The position numbers were made by a program, and so were the translations under genes. Positions 45,101-64,000 of a stretch of DNA of 64,000 nt are shown here, one piece after another. Source of the stretch: Eledone cirrhosa (lineage: Eukaryota); the NCBI GenBank assembly GCA_964016885.1, contig OZ024748.1, positions 31,496,001-31,560,000 on the forward strand, given 5' to 3'. The notes beneath the pieces were generated by a model. It made no database searches. It worked only from the letters and a program-made list of their open reading frames with translations, and was not told the origin of the DNA. Within the stretch, counting starts at the first letter, position 1; each line of letters starts with the position of its first letter.

Positions 45101-46848
45101 AACCACGATGAACTGAAGAAAATGATTGCACATGCGGTAGGAGCCAGCATAGAACTAACCCTTAAGGAACATATGTTCAAATTTAATGGAAAAACATATG
45201 CCCAAGAGGAAGGAGCAGCCATTGGTGTTAGCATTGCAGGCGACATAGCTAACTTATTCATGGTATGGTGGGACAGTAGACTTAAACTTAAAGAACAATT
45301 AGAAGATCCCTTAACCCTGATAATGTACTCCCGCTACGTTGATGATATAAACATCGTAGTTAAAACACCCCCACTAGAGAACAGTCAGGAATTAGAGAAA
45401 TACAATGGAAAGCATCCAGCAAATAGCTAACTCCATCCACCAGAGTATTAGAGTTACTATAGACTACCCAAGCAAACACCCCAACCATCGATTACCTGTA
45501 CTAGACACAGAGCTCTGGTTAGATACCATTAATAACAAAAGAAAAAACCTCCATTCCCATTATTCCAAACCCATGACTTCCAAATATCTGATCCACCGAA
45601 ACTCAGCTGTTTCGGACCATACCAAAATCAACATACTGATTGCAGATTTGGTACGGGTGATGAGAAACGTGTCCCGCATGTGCAACCCCGAAGAACGAGA
45701 GAGACACATACAACACTTCATCCACCGTATGCAGTTCTCTGGTTACAATCAGAGAGATAAAATCAGAGTGTATAGAGGAGCCAGAACCAAATGGGAAAAA
45801 ATGGGAAATAATGACACAAATGGGACCTGCCCCTTGTATAGGAGCAAATTTTGGAATAGAATAGAAAGAACTAGGAATAAGGCTAATAGAATAAACTCAT
45901 GGTATGATAGCAATAAATACCAGAGTATAATGTTCATCGATACAACCCCTAGAGGTGAATTAGCTTACAAATTTAGAAGAGCCCTAGATAAACATAAACT
46001 CAATATTAAGATAGTAGAAAGACCAGGTACCTCCGTAAAAACACTTATTAGCAAAACATACTCTTTTCAAAGACCCCCCTGTATAGATAAGAAATGTATA
46101 ACCTGTAAAATAAGCCCCCATATTAACTGTAAAACTAGAAATGTAGTGTATAGCATAAGATGTACTGAAGGACAATGTAGAGACAAAAATATAGTGTACA
46201 TAGGTGAGACAGCTCGTAGTGTAGGGGAACGGATAAATGAACACTGGCGAGACCTTCAAGATAGTAAAGAATCATCTGTACTCTACCAACATGCTAAAGT
46301 AGTACATAAGGGAAAATTAGAGAACATAGAAATAAAAATAGAATCTACACACAGAAAAGACGCAATGTTTAGACAAATCACAGAGGCAATAAACATAAAA
46401 GAATTACAACCAAAATTAAATAGAAAATATGAGTGGAACAGCAACATCACAACTTACAATTAAGGACAAAATGAAAACACACAACCAACTGGTAACATGT
46501 AAATAAACAAATAAATAAACGAATATAAACACACACAGACACCCGGATGCGGCGCATGCGCACACTGAGCACACAACACACACACAGAAACAAAATGGCG
46601 TAGGACAGAACAAAGGAGAGGCACAAAAACAAAGAAAAGAATCCCCAGTCACTGAAGAGGTCACAGAATGTGTGACGAAAGAACTTTGACAATATATAAA
46701 CAACTATCTGGTTGTGGAACCAACCAACCAACCAGAAATTTATAAATTTATAAATTCCTAAATTTATAAATTTATTATAATAAATTGAAATGAAAGCAAC
46801 TGGTGCGTGTGTTTCTTATTGGCAACATGACCCTCCCAAAGTATAACA

Positions 46849-46850
<2 letters not shown>
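42156..46850 (+). mobile_element. Full-length PLE family B with direct pseudo-LTRs and an inverted 5' pseudo-LTR piece
   Basis: Direct repeats ~42371-42790 and ~46441-46848; inverted 42156-42370; hammerheads at 42593 and 46647. Confidence 0.93.
42765..46463 (+). pseudogene. Disrupted PLE B ORF (N-terminal domain, Asn/Thr/His low-complexity linker, RT, GIY-YIG)
   Basis: DELSVLLLPPK, PTDKSG, YGLQKDHK, PTRPV, SMDVVSLYPSI, QEEGAAIG, RYVDDI, LPVLD, VYSIRC..YIGETAR; stops ~43208-43245 and frameshifts ~43730-44170 and ~45400. Confidence 0.9.
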
Positions 46851-46925
<75 letters not shown>

Positions 46926-46926
46926 T

Positions 46927-46975
<49 letters not shown>

Positions 46976-47183
46976 TATATACACACACACACATATATAC
47001 ACACACACACATATATAAATTATAAATAAATAAATACAGACACAGAGAACCACACAAATACCCACACACACACACGCATATATATATATATATATATACA
47101 TATATACACACATACACACATATATATATATACATATATATACACATACACATATATATATATACATACACACATACACACAT

Positions 47184-47242
<59 letters not shown>

Positions 47243-47257
47243 TATACACATACACAT

Positions 47258-47793
47258 ATGGTGGCTGCCAACTCGTTTTCGAGTACGGCCACTACTTTAT
47301 ATCCATGTAGGAGAACCCCTACCGATGCGCTGAATAAGTGTGACTTTTTAGTCCAGCCAGCGACTTGAAAACTACACTTGTGACAATTATTGACACATAG
47401 TGCTGGGCCCATGGTAGCATGTGACGACAAGTGCAGAGAGATCTCCAGATATAAAGCAATGCCTGTGCTGTGAAGCTTTTATAGTGAGCAAAGGCACTGC
47501 ATCTTAACCAAGATGATATTTACCAAAAAGAAGAACAAGTCAACATCATTGGAAACCATCAGGGTTGCAGGTGTTATATCAGAGTTTTCCTTCTCCTAGA
47601 ATTCTGCCTTGACAAAGGCTAAGCGGTCATCTCTCCTGACAGGTTTTGTTTTTAGTCCTGCAGGATGTCCAAAGTCACCCTCCTCACCAAGAAACCTTGG
47701 TGGGGTTGCCAGTTTAGTCGCCAACGACCCGACCATGGGACAGGTTGTACTGGGATACATGTTACCAGTAGCACCAACTGGTGACCTGACATA
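47258..47793 (-). mobile_element. Non-coding dispersed repeat, copy 2 (see 4555-5160)
   Basis: Colinear with 4555-5160 with small indels; same end points. Confidence 0.7.
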
Positions 47794-48314
47794 CAGCGAC
47801 CCACTCCCTCCTGCTCCGCAAAGAGAGCAAAAGAGAAAAAGCAAACGGGGCGAGCGAACGAGGCGGCCGCTTTCTCGAAAGCCGATCAGAAATTTTAATG
47901 GATATTAAAAAAACCAACCTAAGCATATACGAACGGCGCTGCGGCTGATAAAGGAACACGCGCGTTTGTCCCGTCCCCGCCTGTTAGCCGTGCCTGGGAC
48001 GATGAAAACCACCGCCGAGCGACGGGCCCGGTCGAGAGAAGCGCTGTTTTCGGAAACCCGCTTCGAAAGCGAACCGGGACGCAGCTCTGCGACCTGCGGA
48101 CACCGCGCGCCTGACGGGAACGGGTCGCGACGACGGATCGAAGGGGAAGTGCGTCCGATGCCGGCACCCCGCGAATCGTAACGCCGGCGAGGCGGTCGGC
48201 GGTCGACTCGTCGAAACGAGAGACCGCCGCCGACGCGATCGCCGACGACGACGGCGCCTTAAAACAGCAGCGGACTGAGTCCCCTCGCGATCGCGGTGAA
48301 CGGTCCTACCCGTA
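47794..48314 (-). pseudogene. Probable 28S rRNA D2 expansion-segment fragment (retro-copy)
   Basis: GC/CpG-rich island with many hairpins; minus strand ACGGGTAGGACCG...GAGGGACTCAG, CGCACTTCCCC...GTCGCGACCCGTT and TTATCAGCC resemble conserved metazoan D2 landmarks as recalled, not aligned. Confidence 0.55.
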
Positions 48315-48469
48315 CACATATATATATATATATCCATACATATATATACACATACACATATATATATATATACATACACACATACACACATATATATATA
48401 TATATATACATATATATATACACATACACATATATATACATACACACACACATATATATAAATATACAT

Positions 48470-48552
<83 letters not shown>

Positions 48553-48639
48553 TACATGTGTACACATACACACACATACATATACATACACATACATATA
48601 CATACACATACATATACCCACATACACACAAATATATAC

Positions 48640-50630
48640 ACATACAAATAAATAAGTACTCAATAAATATACGCATATACACAGGCACATAAAAACAGCT
48701 CTACAGGCAGAAAATGCAGATAGGTAAGAGGTACTCACATAATGCAGATAGGTAAGAGGTACTCACATAATGCAGAGAAGTAAGAGGTACTCACATAACC
48801 ATAGTGGCCGTATTTCAGGTTGAGGAGGGGTGGGGTAGGGTGGGATGGAGGTTTAGGGGCCAATAGGAGGAGGTCGTTTTTGGCCATCGGGCTTTAACAC
48901 TGGCTTAAAGTATTTGAAAGTTGTAAAGTTCTTGTGCATGCAGTTCGGGCAGTGTTCAGAGAGTTTGTTCAGTAGCGGGCCCTTGGCGAATAAAATTTCG
49001 TAGCTTGGTGACATACAAAGTTCGCAGCCCTTGTGTCCTCCGTTGTAAGAGCGCGCTTTCTGGAGTATTTTACATTTAAGCGTGAAGGGGGTGGAGTTCC
49101 TTTTGAGGTTCCAAACATAGGAGGCGAGTGTTGTCTGGTTTGATTTGTCCGGTCTTCTGAAGGAGTGGGTATGGGCATACCAACGGGTCTTAAAGTTGTT
49201 GTAGGTCATGCCGATGTAAGTTTTTTTGCAATCATCAGGGCCTGAGATGACATCGCATTTGTATACGATATCATTTGTGAGGCATTTGTTTTCGAGTGGG
49301 CATGCTTCCTTATTTAGGCAATTACACAGAGCCCCAGTCCGGGCATTGGGTTCGGAGGTGGTTGGCTTATTTAATTTTTTAGAATTGTGGTTGGCTATAT
49401 TCCTAGCTAGGTTAGGTGTGGTGGAGTAGGAGAGTTTTATTGTTTTCTTGTTAAAGATGGTGTGGTACCTATGTTGTATGGGGAAGTGTAATTTCAGCAA
49501 AGTGAAGAAAATCCTAGCTATCGGTGTAGAGACCTCTCTATTGAAGGGAGGGTTGTACCAGCTAATCAGCCTATGTCTATTCCTCCTCTGCAATCTTGCG
49601 GTGGTTTCTAGGTATATTATCTTTTCTTTAAATCCGCTGCGGGCGAGGGCGTCATTGTAGTAGGAGGCAGATGCGTTAAAAAATCTTTGTTGGCGGAGAG
49701 GCCAGATATTCTAATAGAGACGCTTTTTACTAGGTTATCAGTGATGTTTTGGGGGTGGTTTGAATTAACATTAATATATCTAAGGGACTCGTTAGGTTTC
49801 TGGTACGGGTAATAGAGGGAAGTATCTAGGTCGAGAGTGACATCTAAGAAGTTGGCCCTAGTCAAATTAGATTCTATAATTATACTAAATCCTAGATTAG
49901 AGAAGAATGAGCTTAAGTTTTTCCGAAACTCATCGGTGGTTCTGGGGTTAACCGTGTGCAGGGCGAAGAAGCCGTCGTCTCGGTATAAACCTCCGGTTAG
50001 GCCGGTAAAGAGGTTCTTCAGGTGATGTAGGATGTACAAGCCCACAAGGTCGCTAATTTCAGCCGAGTCACTCGCTCCCATGCTAACGTCAATTGGGGTC
50101 TGAGATTTCTTGTTGATCCAGTAAGATCCATCGTGGTATAGAAAGGTCTTACGGGCGTGGAGGATAACAACTTGCTCAGCATCGGTAATGGTGGTAAAAT
50201 TCCTGGCAAAGTTAATTGCGTCCTTCGGGAGGGGCTCCGAGATAGAGGCATAGTAGTTTTCAATGTCGAGCTGCAGGAAACGAGTGTGGTGTTTGTCGGG
50301 TAATTCTTGGAACCTTATTGCCTCAGATGTTCTGCTCCAGAGTGGAAGTGGTAAGGCAGCCCGCAATGATGGTAGAACTCTATCCAGGAACTTCTTACTG
50401 ATAGAGCCGATGTCTGAACGAGTGGGGTTGATAAGTATGACTGATGGTTTGTTGAGGAAGTTTCCCTTATGGTCATTCAGGGTAAAGTGCGGTTCGGTCG
50501 CGTAATTTAAGGGACTTGGCGATTTCTTTTCCGGCTGCGTTTGTCTCAGTCAGTGCCATCTCTATTACCTTTTTGTAGGTGGTCGTGGTGGCATTTTTTG
50601 CCAGCTTATTGTAGGTCTGTGGGTCTACCT
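48640..50630 (-). mobile_element. 5'-truncated, frameshifted PLE (Hydra-clade-like, distinct family)
   Basis: LDIENYY, MGASDS, YRDDG, FLDV, WYNPPF, CNC-x5-CP, VYKC..YIGMT; ORFs 49617-50366 and 48853-49593; 3 x 28-bp tandem at 48713-48798 in the 3' UTR. Confidence 0.9.
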
Positions 50631-50642
50631 CATATATATATG

Positions 50643-50674
<32 letters not shown>

Positions 50675-50687
50675 TATATGTATATAT

Positions 50688-50719
<32 letters not shown>

Positions 50720-50732
50720 GTATATATATGTG

Positions 50733-50765
<33 letters not shown>

Positions 50766-50768
50766 GTG

Positions 50769-50799
<31 letters not shown>

Positions 50800-50814
50800 G
50801 TATATATATATATG

Positions 50815-50845
<31 letters not shown>

Positions 50846-51002
50846 GTATATATATATATGTATATATATATATGTATATGTATATATATATGTATATATA
50901 TGTATATATATATATGTATATATATATGTATATATATATATGTATATATATATGTATATATATATATGTATATATATATGTATATATGTATATATATATA
51001 TG

Positions 51003-52542
51003 TATCAAACAACCCCGCACTCGATGCCTTCGAGCTGGACCTTATGAACATGATAAGTGAAACTAAATTTAAAAAAAGAACAAATCACAACAAATTGCAA
51101 AATGACTTAAATACATTACTTAAAAAACTAAAAGACACTAACGGTGTCATAGTAAAAGCAGACAAAACATCAAACGTATACTCTATGGACATTAACACAT
51201 ACAATAACTTTATTCAGCGTGAACTACATAAAAAATATAAAAAAACTAATGAATCTACACTCACCAGCATAAACATGGAGGGCCTCAAGATAGTTAATAA
51301 ACTCGGAATTTCAGATAGGATCGAACCGCTTACCCCGTGCAACCCTACATTTAACCTGAAAGATCACAAAAATAACTTTGAAACTAATCCCACCATTAGA
51401 TTAATATGCCCATCCAAGTCAGACATAGGTAAAATTAGCAAAAACATTCTAGATAGGGTAATCGCACAAATAAAGGGTAAACTAGAAATCAATTTATGGG
51501 GCAACACTAACGAGGCAATTAAATGGTTCAATAAAATACAAAATAGGGAGACGTGTAACTTCATACAATTTGATATAGACGACTATTATGCATCCATATC
51601 CCCAGCTACCCTAGATAAGGCGCTTATATTTGCCCAAAATAACTCTAATCTTACCCATGATGAAATTGAAATAATAATAGCGGCTAGAAGGACTATCGTA
51701 AAATTTGAAAATAACTACTGGGTAAGAAAGGATAGAATAAATAGCTTCGATATTACAATGGGATCAAATGATTCTGCGCAAATTACAGATATCGTGGGGC
51801 TATTCATAGCACACAACCTACATAAGGAATTCAGTAACCTCCAAGGAGGAATTTATAGGGACGACACGTTACTTATAGCTAGGAACCTAAACAACCAGAG
51901 CATGGAAAGACTAAGGAAAAATATTAGAATATTCTTCAAAAAACTAGGCCTAAGTATTACCTACGAACTAAACCATAAGAAGGTAAATTTTCTAGATGTA
52001 ACTCTAAATCTAAATACTGGATTAATAGAACCTTTCCACAAAAATAATGAAAATCTTGCCTACATTAGTTACAACTCAAATCGCCCCAAATCCATAATTA
52101 AATCCATAGCACGTAGTATATCCCTCCGAATATCCCGCCTATCCTCAAACCTAGAAATCTTTAACGAGCATGCTGACTATTATAATGCAGCATTAAGTAG
52201 GGCCGGTCATAAAGATAAACTACAGTATATAGTGAATAAGGACAACATAAACAATCCTAGTAATTTCTACTCCAACCGCTCACATAATAATAGGAATAGC
52301 TTGACTAGACATAGGGTTAGACATGTAACACCTAGAGTAAACGGCCAAAACACTAATAACGTAAACCCTAGAAACAATAGAAGAAACAGACAAAGAAAAT
52401 ACCTATGGTTCAACCCAATATTCAACTCCTCTATAAAAACTAGACTGCCCTCTACATTCTTTAAACTAATAGATAAACACTTCCCTATCTCGCATAGATA
52501 TCACAAAATACTCAATAGATCTACTATAAAACTCTCTTTCTT
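51003..52542 (+). mobile_element. Internal RT fragment of another Hydra-clade-like PLE, open frame, truncated at both ends
   Basis: KADKTSN, LKDHK, FDIDDYY, MGSNDS, YRDDT, FLDV, WFNPIF; ends at TIKLSF with no endonuclease. Confidence 0.9.
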
Positions 52543-54192
52543 GACATAGCTAACTTATTCATGGTATGGTGGGACAGTAGACTTAAACTTAAACTTAAAG
52601 AACAATTAGAAGACAGCTTAACCCTGATAATGTACTCCCGCTACGTAGATGATATAAACATCGTAGTTAAGACACCCCCACTAGAGAACAGTCAGGAACT
52701 AGAGAAAAACACAATGGAAAGCATCCAGCAAATAGCAAACTCCATCCACCAGAGCATTAGAGTTACTATAGACTACCCAAGTAGACACCCCAACTATCGA
52801 TTACCTGAACTAGACACAGAGCTCTGGTTAGATACCATTAACAACCAAAAACAAATCCTCCATTCCCATTATGCCAAACCCATGACTTCCAAACATCTGA
52901 TCCACCGAAACTCGGCCATTTCGGACCATACCAAAATCAACATACTGATTGCGGATTTGGTACGGGTGATGAGAAATGTGTCCCGCATGTGCAACCCCGA
53001 AGAACACATACAACACTTCATCCACCGTATGCAGTTCTCTGGCTACAATCAGAGAGATAGAATCAGGGTGTATAGAGGAGCCAGAACCAAATGGGAAAAA
53101 ATGGTAAATAATGACATAAATGGGACCTGCCCCTTGTATAGGAGCAAATTTTGGAATAGAATAGAAAGAACTAGGAACAAGGCCAATAGAATAAACTCAT
53201 GGTATGATAGCAATAAATACCAGAGTGTAATGTTCATCGATACAACCCCTAGAGGTGAACTAGCCTACAAATTTAGAAGAGCCCTAAATAAACATAAACT
53301 CAATATTAAGATAGTAGAAAGACCAGGTACCTCCGTAAAAACACTTATTAGCAAGACATACCCGTTCCAAAGACCCTCATGTATAGATAAGAAATGTATA
53401 ACCTGTAAAATAAGCCCCCATATTAACTGTAAAACTAGAAATGTAGTGTATAGCATAAGATGTACTGAAGGACAATGTAGAAACAAAAATATAGTGTACA
53501 TAGGTGAGACAGCTCGTAGTATAGGGGAACGGATAAATGAACACTGGCGAGACCTTCAAGATAATAAAGAATCATCTGTACTCTACCAACATGCTAAGAT
53601 AGAACACAAGGGTAAATTAGAGAACATAGAAATAAAAATAGAATCCACACACAGAAAAGATGCAATGTTTAGGCAAATTACAGAGGCAGTAAGCATAAAA
53701 GAATTACAACCAAAATTAAATAGAAAATATGAGTGGAACAGCAACATCACAACTTACAATTAAGGACAAAATGAAAACACACACACACCAAACCAACAAC
53801 ATGTAAATAACAAACAACCAACCAACAACATGTAAATAAATAAACAAATAGATAAATGAACACAAACACACACAGACACCCAGATGTGGCGCATGCGCAA
53901 ACTGAGCACACAACACACACACAGAAACAAAATGGCGTAGGAAAGAAGAAAGGAAAGGCACAGAAACAAAGAAAGGAATCCCCAGTCACTGAAGAGGTCA
54001 CAGAGTGTGTGACGAAAGGACTATGACTATATATAAACAACTATCTGGTTGTGGAACCAACCAACCAACCAGAAATTTATAAGTTTGTAGATTTGTAAAT
54101 TTATAAATTTATAAATATATAATAAATTGAAGTGAAAGCAACTGGTGCGTGTGTTTCTTATTGGCAACATGACCCTCCCAAAGTATAACAAT
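52543..54192 (+). mobile_element. 5'-truncated PLE B (RT C-terminus + GIY-YIG + pseudo-LTR)
   Basis: ORF 52561-53763 matches 45260-46463; hammerhead 53984-54028. Confidence 0.93.
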
Positions 54193-54210
54193 ATATATAT
54201 ATATATATAC

Positions 54211-54295
<85 letters not shown>

Positions 54296-54300
54296 TATAC

Positions 54301-54379
<79 letters not shown>

Positions 54380-54873
54380 TAAAAAAATAATGAATAAAAC
54401 AAATGAAACAGTTCCTTATATTAAACAAAAAAAGTTCATTATTTAACGATCGTTTCTAGGATATATATGTGTTAGAATTGGCATGCATATTCAACAGATC
54501 TATGTACAAAATTATACAAAATTATACAAACTATCAAAATTAAATATACATACCAAACACATATATATGCCGTCTTCAGAAATAATGAAATATATTTATT
54601 GATAATAACAACAATTCAAAATTTCAGGTCTGTTTGGGAACAGAATTCAAATTGACCAATGAAAATACAAAAAGTTTATGCAGTTAGGTGTGTGTATATA
54701 CATGTAATTAACTTCGTTCACAGATATGCATAAAGATATGTGTTCACATGCATACGCATGCCAAAAAGATGTATGTAAATACAAAAATTCAAGGCTAATG
54801 TCTCTGTAAGTTTATAATCTACAGATAAAATGCGTATAGATACATAATTATAAAATAAATATATACAACCTTC

Positions 54874-54905
<32 letters not shown>

Positions 54906-54974
54906 TATATACATATATATATATACATATATATATACATATATATATATACATATATATATATACATATATAT

Positions 54975-55043
<69 letters not shown>

Positions 55044-55126
55044 CACATATATATATATACATATATATATATACACATATATATATACATGTATATATAC
55101 ACATATATATATACATGTATATATAC

Positions 55127-55194
<68 letters not shown>

Positions 55195-55197
55195 TAT

Positions 55198-55264
<67 letters not shown>

Positions 55265-55283
55265 TATATACATATATATATAT

Positions 55284-55336
<53 letters not shown>

Positions 55337-55339
55337 CAC

Positions 55340-55370
<31 letters not shown>

Positions 55371-55440
55371 CACATATATATATATATATATATATACATA
55401 TATATATACATATATATATACATATATTATATATATATAC

Positions 55441-55488
<48 letters not shown>

Positions 55489-56139
55489 CAATATATTTAG
55501 AAACACACAGATACATGCGGACACACACATATACATGAATGCATCCGCACCCAACCGTGAGTTAAGGGTGCCAACTTCATCGATGTTGCTCAATGAATGA
55601 TTGGGACAGACCAATCCGGTTAAACTAGACTGAACCAGTATCAGAGTTAAAATACATTATGAAGAGAGAAGAAACATTTAGATATAATTAGTAATAAAAT
55701 GTATCATACCTAAACTGCTCCTAGATTCCTCGACTACGTAGTTTCGTGGCATAAACAAAAACAATACATCATAAAGATATAGAGTCCTTGCGAGGTCTGC
55801 CGACTTATCAAGAGGATACCTCATTTTAATAGTCTCAAGAACGCGTCTACACGACGTGAGAAAGAATCCCAAAAGGCGGAGGGGGAGATAGTCACGCGAT
55901 ATAACGGTCGAGAAACAGAGCTAAGCCTCTTATAACCCCGAAGAAAATACCACGGAGGCGGAGGGGGTATTTATATCGCAGCCGTAGAAGAGGTGGTGAA
56001 GGGGGCGAGAAGTATGAGTAATGGAAGCTTTCCAGCAGTCCCCACACTTCAAAGATTGCTCGACCAGAGGGAGTTATTAACAATATATTTAGAAACACAC
56101 AGATATGTGTGTTTCTAAATATATTGTAAAAATATATTC

Positions 56140-58901
56140 TAAACTATATTCTAAAAAAATCAATCTTTCGAATAAAATGATCAATTTGTGAAAAACCTAA
56201 AATAATCAATTTTTTTATACTTTTCGAAATATTTACTTCTGATTTCTAAAATTGATTTTTTTAGGTTTTTCACAAATTGATCATTTTACACAGTATTTGT
56301 AAAAAATGTTTTTTTTCATAAAAATGCGTTTATACATGTTTCGACACGTTGAAAAATTTTTGAAAAATACAAAATATATATCAATTTTCGAAAATAGAAA
56401 GTATATATTTCGAAAGAAAAAAAATCAATCTTTTTTGAAAAAAAACAATTTTTCGAATAAAATGATCAATTTGTGAAAAACCTAAAATAATCAATTTTTT
56501 TATACTTTTCGAAATATTTACTTCTGATTTCTAAAATTGATTTTTTTAAGTTTTTCACAAATTGATCATTTTACACAGTATTTGGAAAAAATGTTTTTTT
56601 TCAAAAAAATGCGTTTATACATGGTGTTTCGACACGTTGAAAAATTTATGAAAAATCAATTTTCGAAATCAGAAAGTATATATTTCGAAAGAAAAAAAAT
56701 CAATCTTTTTAAAAAAAATCAATTTTTCGAAATACTGTGTAAAATGATCAATTTGTGAAAAACCTAAAATAATCAATTTTTTTATACTTTTCGAAATATT
56801 TACTTCTGATTTCTAAAACTGATTTTTTTAGGTTTTTCACAAATTGATCATTTTACACAGTATTTCGAAAAATCAATCTTTTTTGAAAAAAAACAATTTT
56901 TCGAATAAAATGATCAATTTGTGAAAAACCTAATATAATCAATTTTTTTATACTTTTCGAAATATTTACTTCTAAAATTGATTTTTTTAGGTTTTTCACA
57001 AATTGATCATTTTACACAGTATTTGTAAAAAATGTTTTTTTTCATAAAAATGCGTTTATACATTGTTTCGACACGTTGAAAAATTTTTGAAAAATACAAA
57101 ATATATATCAATTTTCGAAATCAGAAAGTATATATTTCGAAAGAAAAAAAATCAATCTTTTTTAAAAAAAAACAATTTTTCGTAATACTGTGTAAAATGA
57201 TCAATTTGTGAAAGACCTAAAATAATCAATTTTTTTATACTTTTCGAAATATTTACTTCTGATTTCTAAAATTGATTTTTTTAGGTATTTTACAAATTGA
57301 TCATTTTACACAGTATTTGTAAAAAATGTTTTTTTTCAAAAAAATGCGTTTATACATTGTATTTCGACACGTTGAAAAATCTTTGAAAAATACAAAATAA
57401 ATATCAATTTTCGAATTCAGAAAGTATATATTTTTCGAATAAAATGATCAATTTGTGAAAAACCTAAAAAAATCAATTTTAGAAATCAGAAGTAAATATT
57501 TCGAAAAGTATAAAAAAATTGATTATTTTAGGTTTTTAACAAATTGATCATTTTACAAAAAATTGTTTTTTTTAAAAAAAGATTGATTTTTTTTTCTTTC
57601 GAAATATATCCTTTCTGATTTCGAAAATTGATATATATTTTGTATGTTTCAAAAATTTTTCAACGTGTCGAAACACGATGTATAAACGCATTTATTTGGA
57701 AAAAATGTTTTTTTTCAAAAAAATGCGTTTTTGAAAAAATGTTTTTTTTCAAACAATTTTTCGAATAAAATAATCAATTTGTGAAAAACCTAAAATAATC
57801 AATTTTTTTATACTTTTCGAAATATTTACTTCTGATTTCTAAAATTGATTTTTTTAGGTTTTTCACAAATTGATCATTTTACACAGTATTTGGAAAAAAT
57901 GTTTTTTTTTAAAAAAATGCGTTTATACATTGTGTTTCGACACGTTGAAAAATTTTTGAAAAATACAAAATATATATCAATTTTCGAAATAAGAAAGTAT
58001 ATATTTCGAAAGAAACAAAATCAATCTTTTTTTAAAAAAAACAATTTTTCGAATAAAATGATCAAACTGTGAAAAACCTAAAATAATCAATTTTTTTAAT
58101 ACTTTTCGAAATAATTACTTCTGATTTCTAAAATTGATTTTTTTAGGTTTTTCACAAATTGATCATTTTACAGTTTTTCGAAAAATTGTTTTTTTTCAAA
58201 AAAGATTGATTTTTTTTCTTTCGAAATATATACTTTCTGATTTCGAAAATTGATATATATTTTGTATTTTTTAAAAATTTTTCAACGTGTCGAAACAATG
58301 TATAAACGCATTTTTTTGAAAAAAAAACATTGTGTAAAATGGTAAATTTGTGAAAAACCTACAAAAATCAATTTTCGAAATCAGAAGTAAATATTTCGAA
58401 AAGTATGAAAAAATTGATTATTTTAGGTTTTTCACAAATTGATCATTTTACACAGTATTTCGAAAAATCTTTTTTTATCAAAAAAGATTGATTTTTTTTC
58501 TTTCGAAATATATACTTTCTGATTTCGAAAATTGATATATATTTTGTATTTTTTAAAAATTTTTCAACGTGTCGTAACACGTTGAATAAACGCATTTTTG
58601 ATTTCGAAAATTGATATATATTTTGTATTTTTTAAAAATTTTTCAACGTGTCGTTCAATGTGTCGTAACACGATGTATAAACGCATTTTTTTGAAAAAGT
58701 GTTTTTTTTCAAACAATTTTTCGAATAAAATGATCAATTAGTGAAAAACCTAAAATAATCAATTTGTTTATACTTTTCGAAATATTTACTTCTGATTTCT
58801 AAAATTGATTTTTTTAGGGTTTTCACAAATTGATCATTTTACAAAGTTTTTTTTTCAAAAAAATGCGTTTATACATTCTTTCGACACGTTGAAATATTTT
58901 T
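56140..58901. repeat. AT-rich complex satellite built from fold-back subunits, ~300-bp irregular period with internal inversions
   Basis: Recurrent AAAATGATCAATTTGTGAAAAACCTAAAA...TTTTAGGTTTTTCACAAATTGATCATTTT and TTCGACACGTTGAAAAAT in both orientations. Confidence 0.92.
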
Positions 58902-59076
58902 GTAATAACATCGAAACTAGTCCAATATTCCAGAATAGAGGAAATGTGTTTCCTTGAAAACTCGTATGACTCTAAAACCCGGTCCGCCTGTATGGTTACA
59001 TACAGACTAGCTGACACTCACTGTAAAGTGTCTAGTGAAAAGCTGAGTACATGTACATATGTATACATGTGTGTAT
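58902..59076 (+). repeat. Family E fragment starting inside the hammerhead
   Basis: TGTAATAACATCGAAACTAGTCCAATATTCC... matches ~21565-21755 with a short deletion. Confidence 0.9.
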
Positions 59077-59085
59077 TATTTCTAT

Positions 59086-64000
<4,915 letters not shown>

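Overview
Eukaryotic, host-gene-free, repeat-saturated window. It is probably from a coleoid cephalopod (octopus-like); this is inferred from the SINE/LINE tails and the (TA)n density. The scaffold is interrupted (TA)n microsatellite into which retroelements have inserted repeatedly: several Penelope-like elements (PLEs; RT plus C-terminal GIY-YIG, one with an intact ~800-aa ORF), two RTE-type LINEs (one 5'-inverted), a CR1/L2-type LINE, a tRNA-derived SINE head, a probable 28S rRNA D2 fragment fused to a dispersed repeat, and an AT-rich fold-back satellite. The main signal read by eye is a dense set of about 30 type-I hammerhead ribozyme motifs in five sequence families. Three families lie in PLE pseudo-LTRs (one of these assignments is inferred). 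Two lie in related non-coding tandem repeats (~469 bp and ~500-545 bp units) that keep the hammerhead core and an octamer-containing stem while their helices covary. These are candidate retrozyme / circular-RNA families sitting beside plausible PLE helper elements. Most insertions show the same divergent (head-to-head) geometry with both 3' ends in (TA)n. The Tyr/Ile-repeat ORFs in the track are artefacts. No folding, alignment or database search was run; boundaries are by eye.
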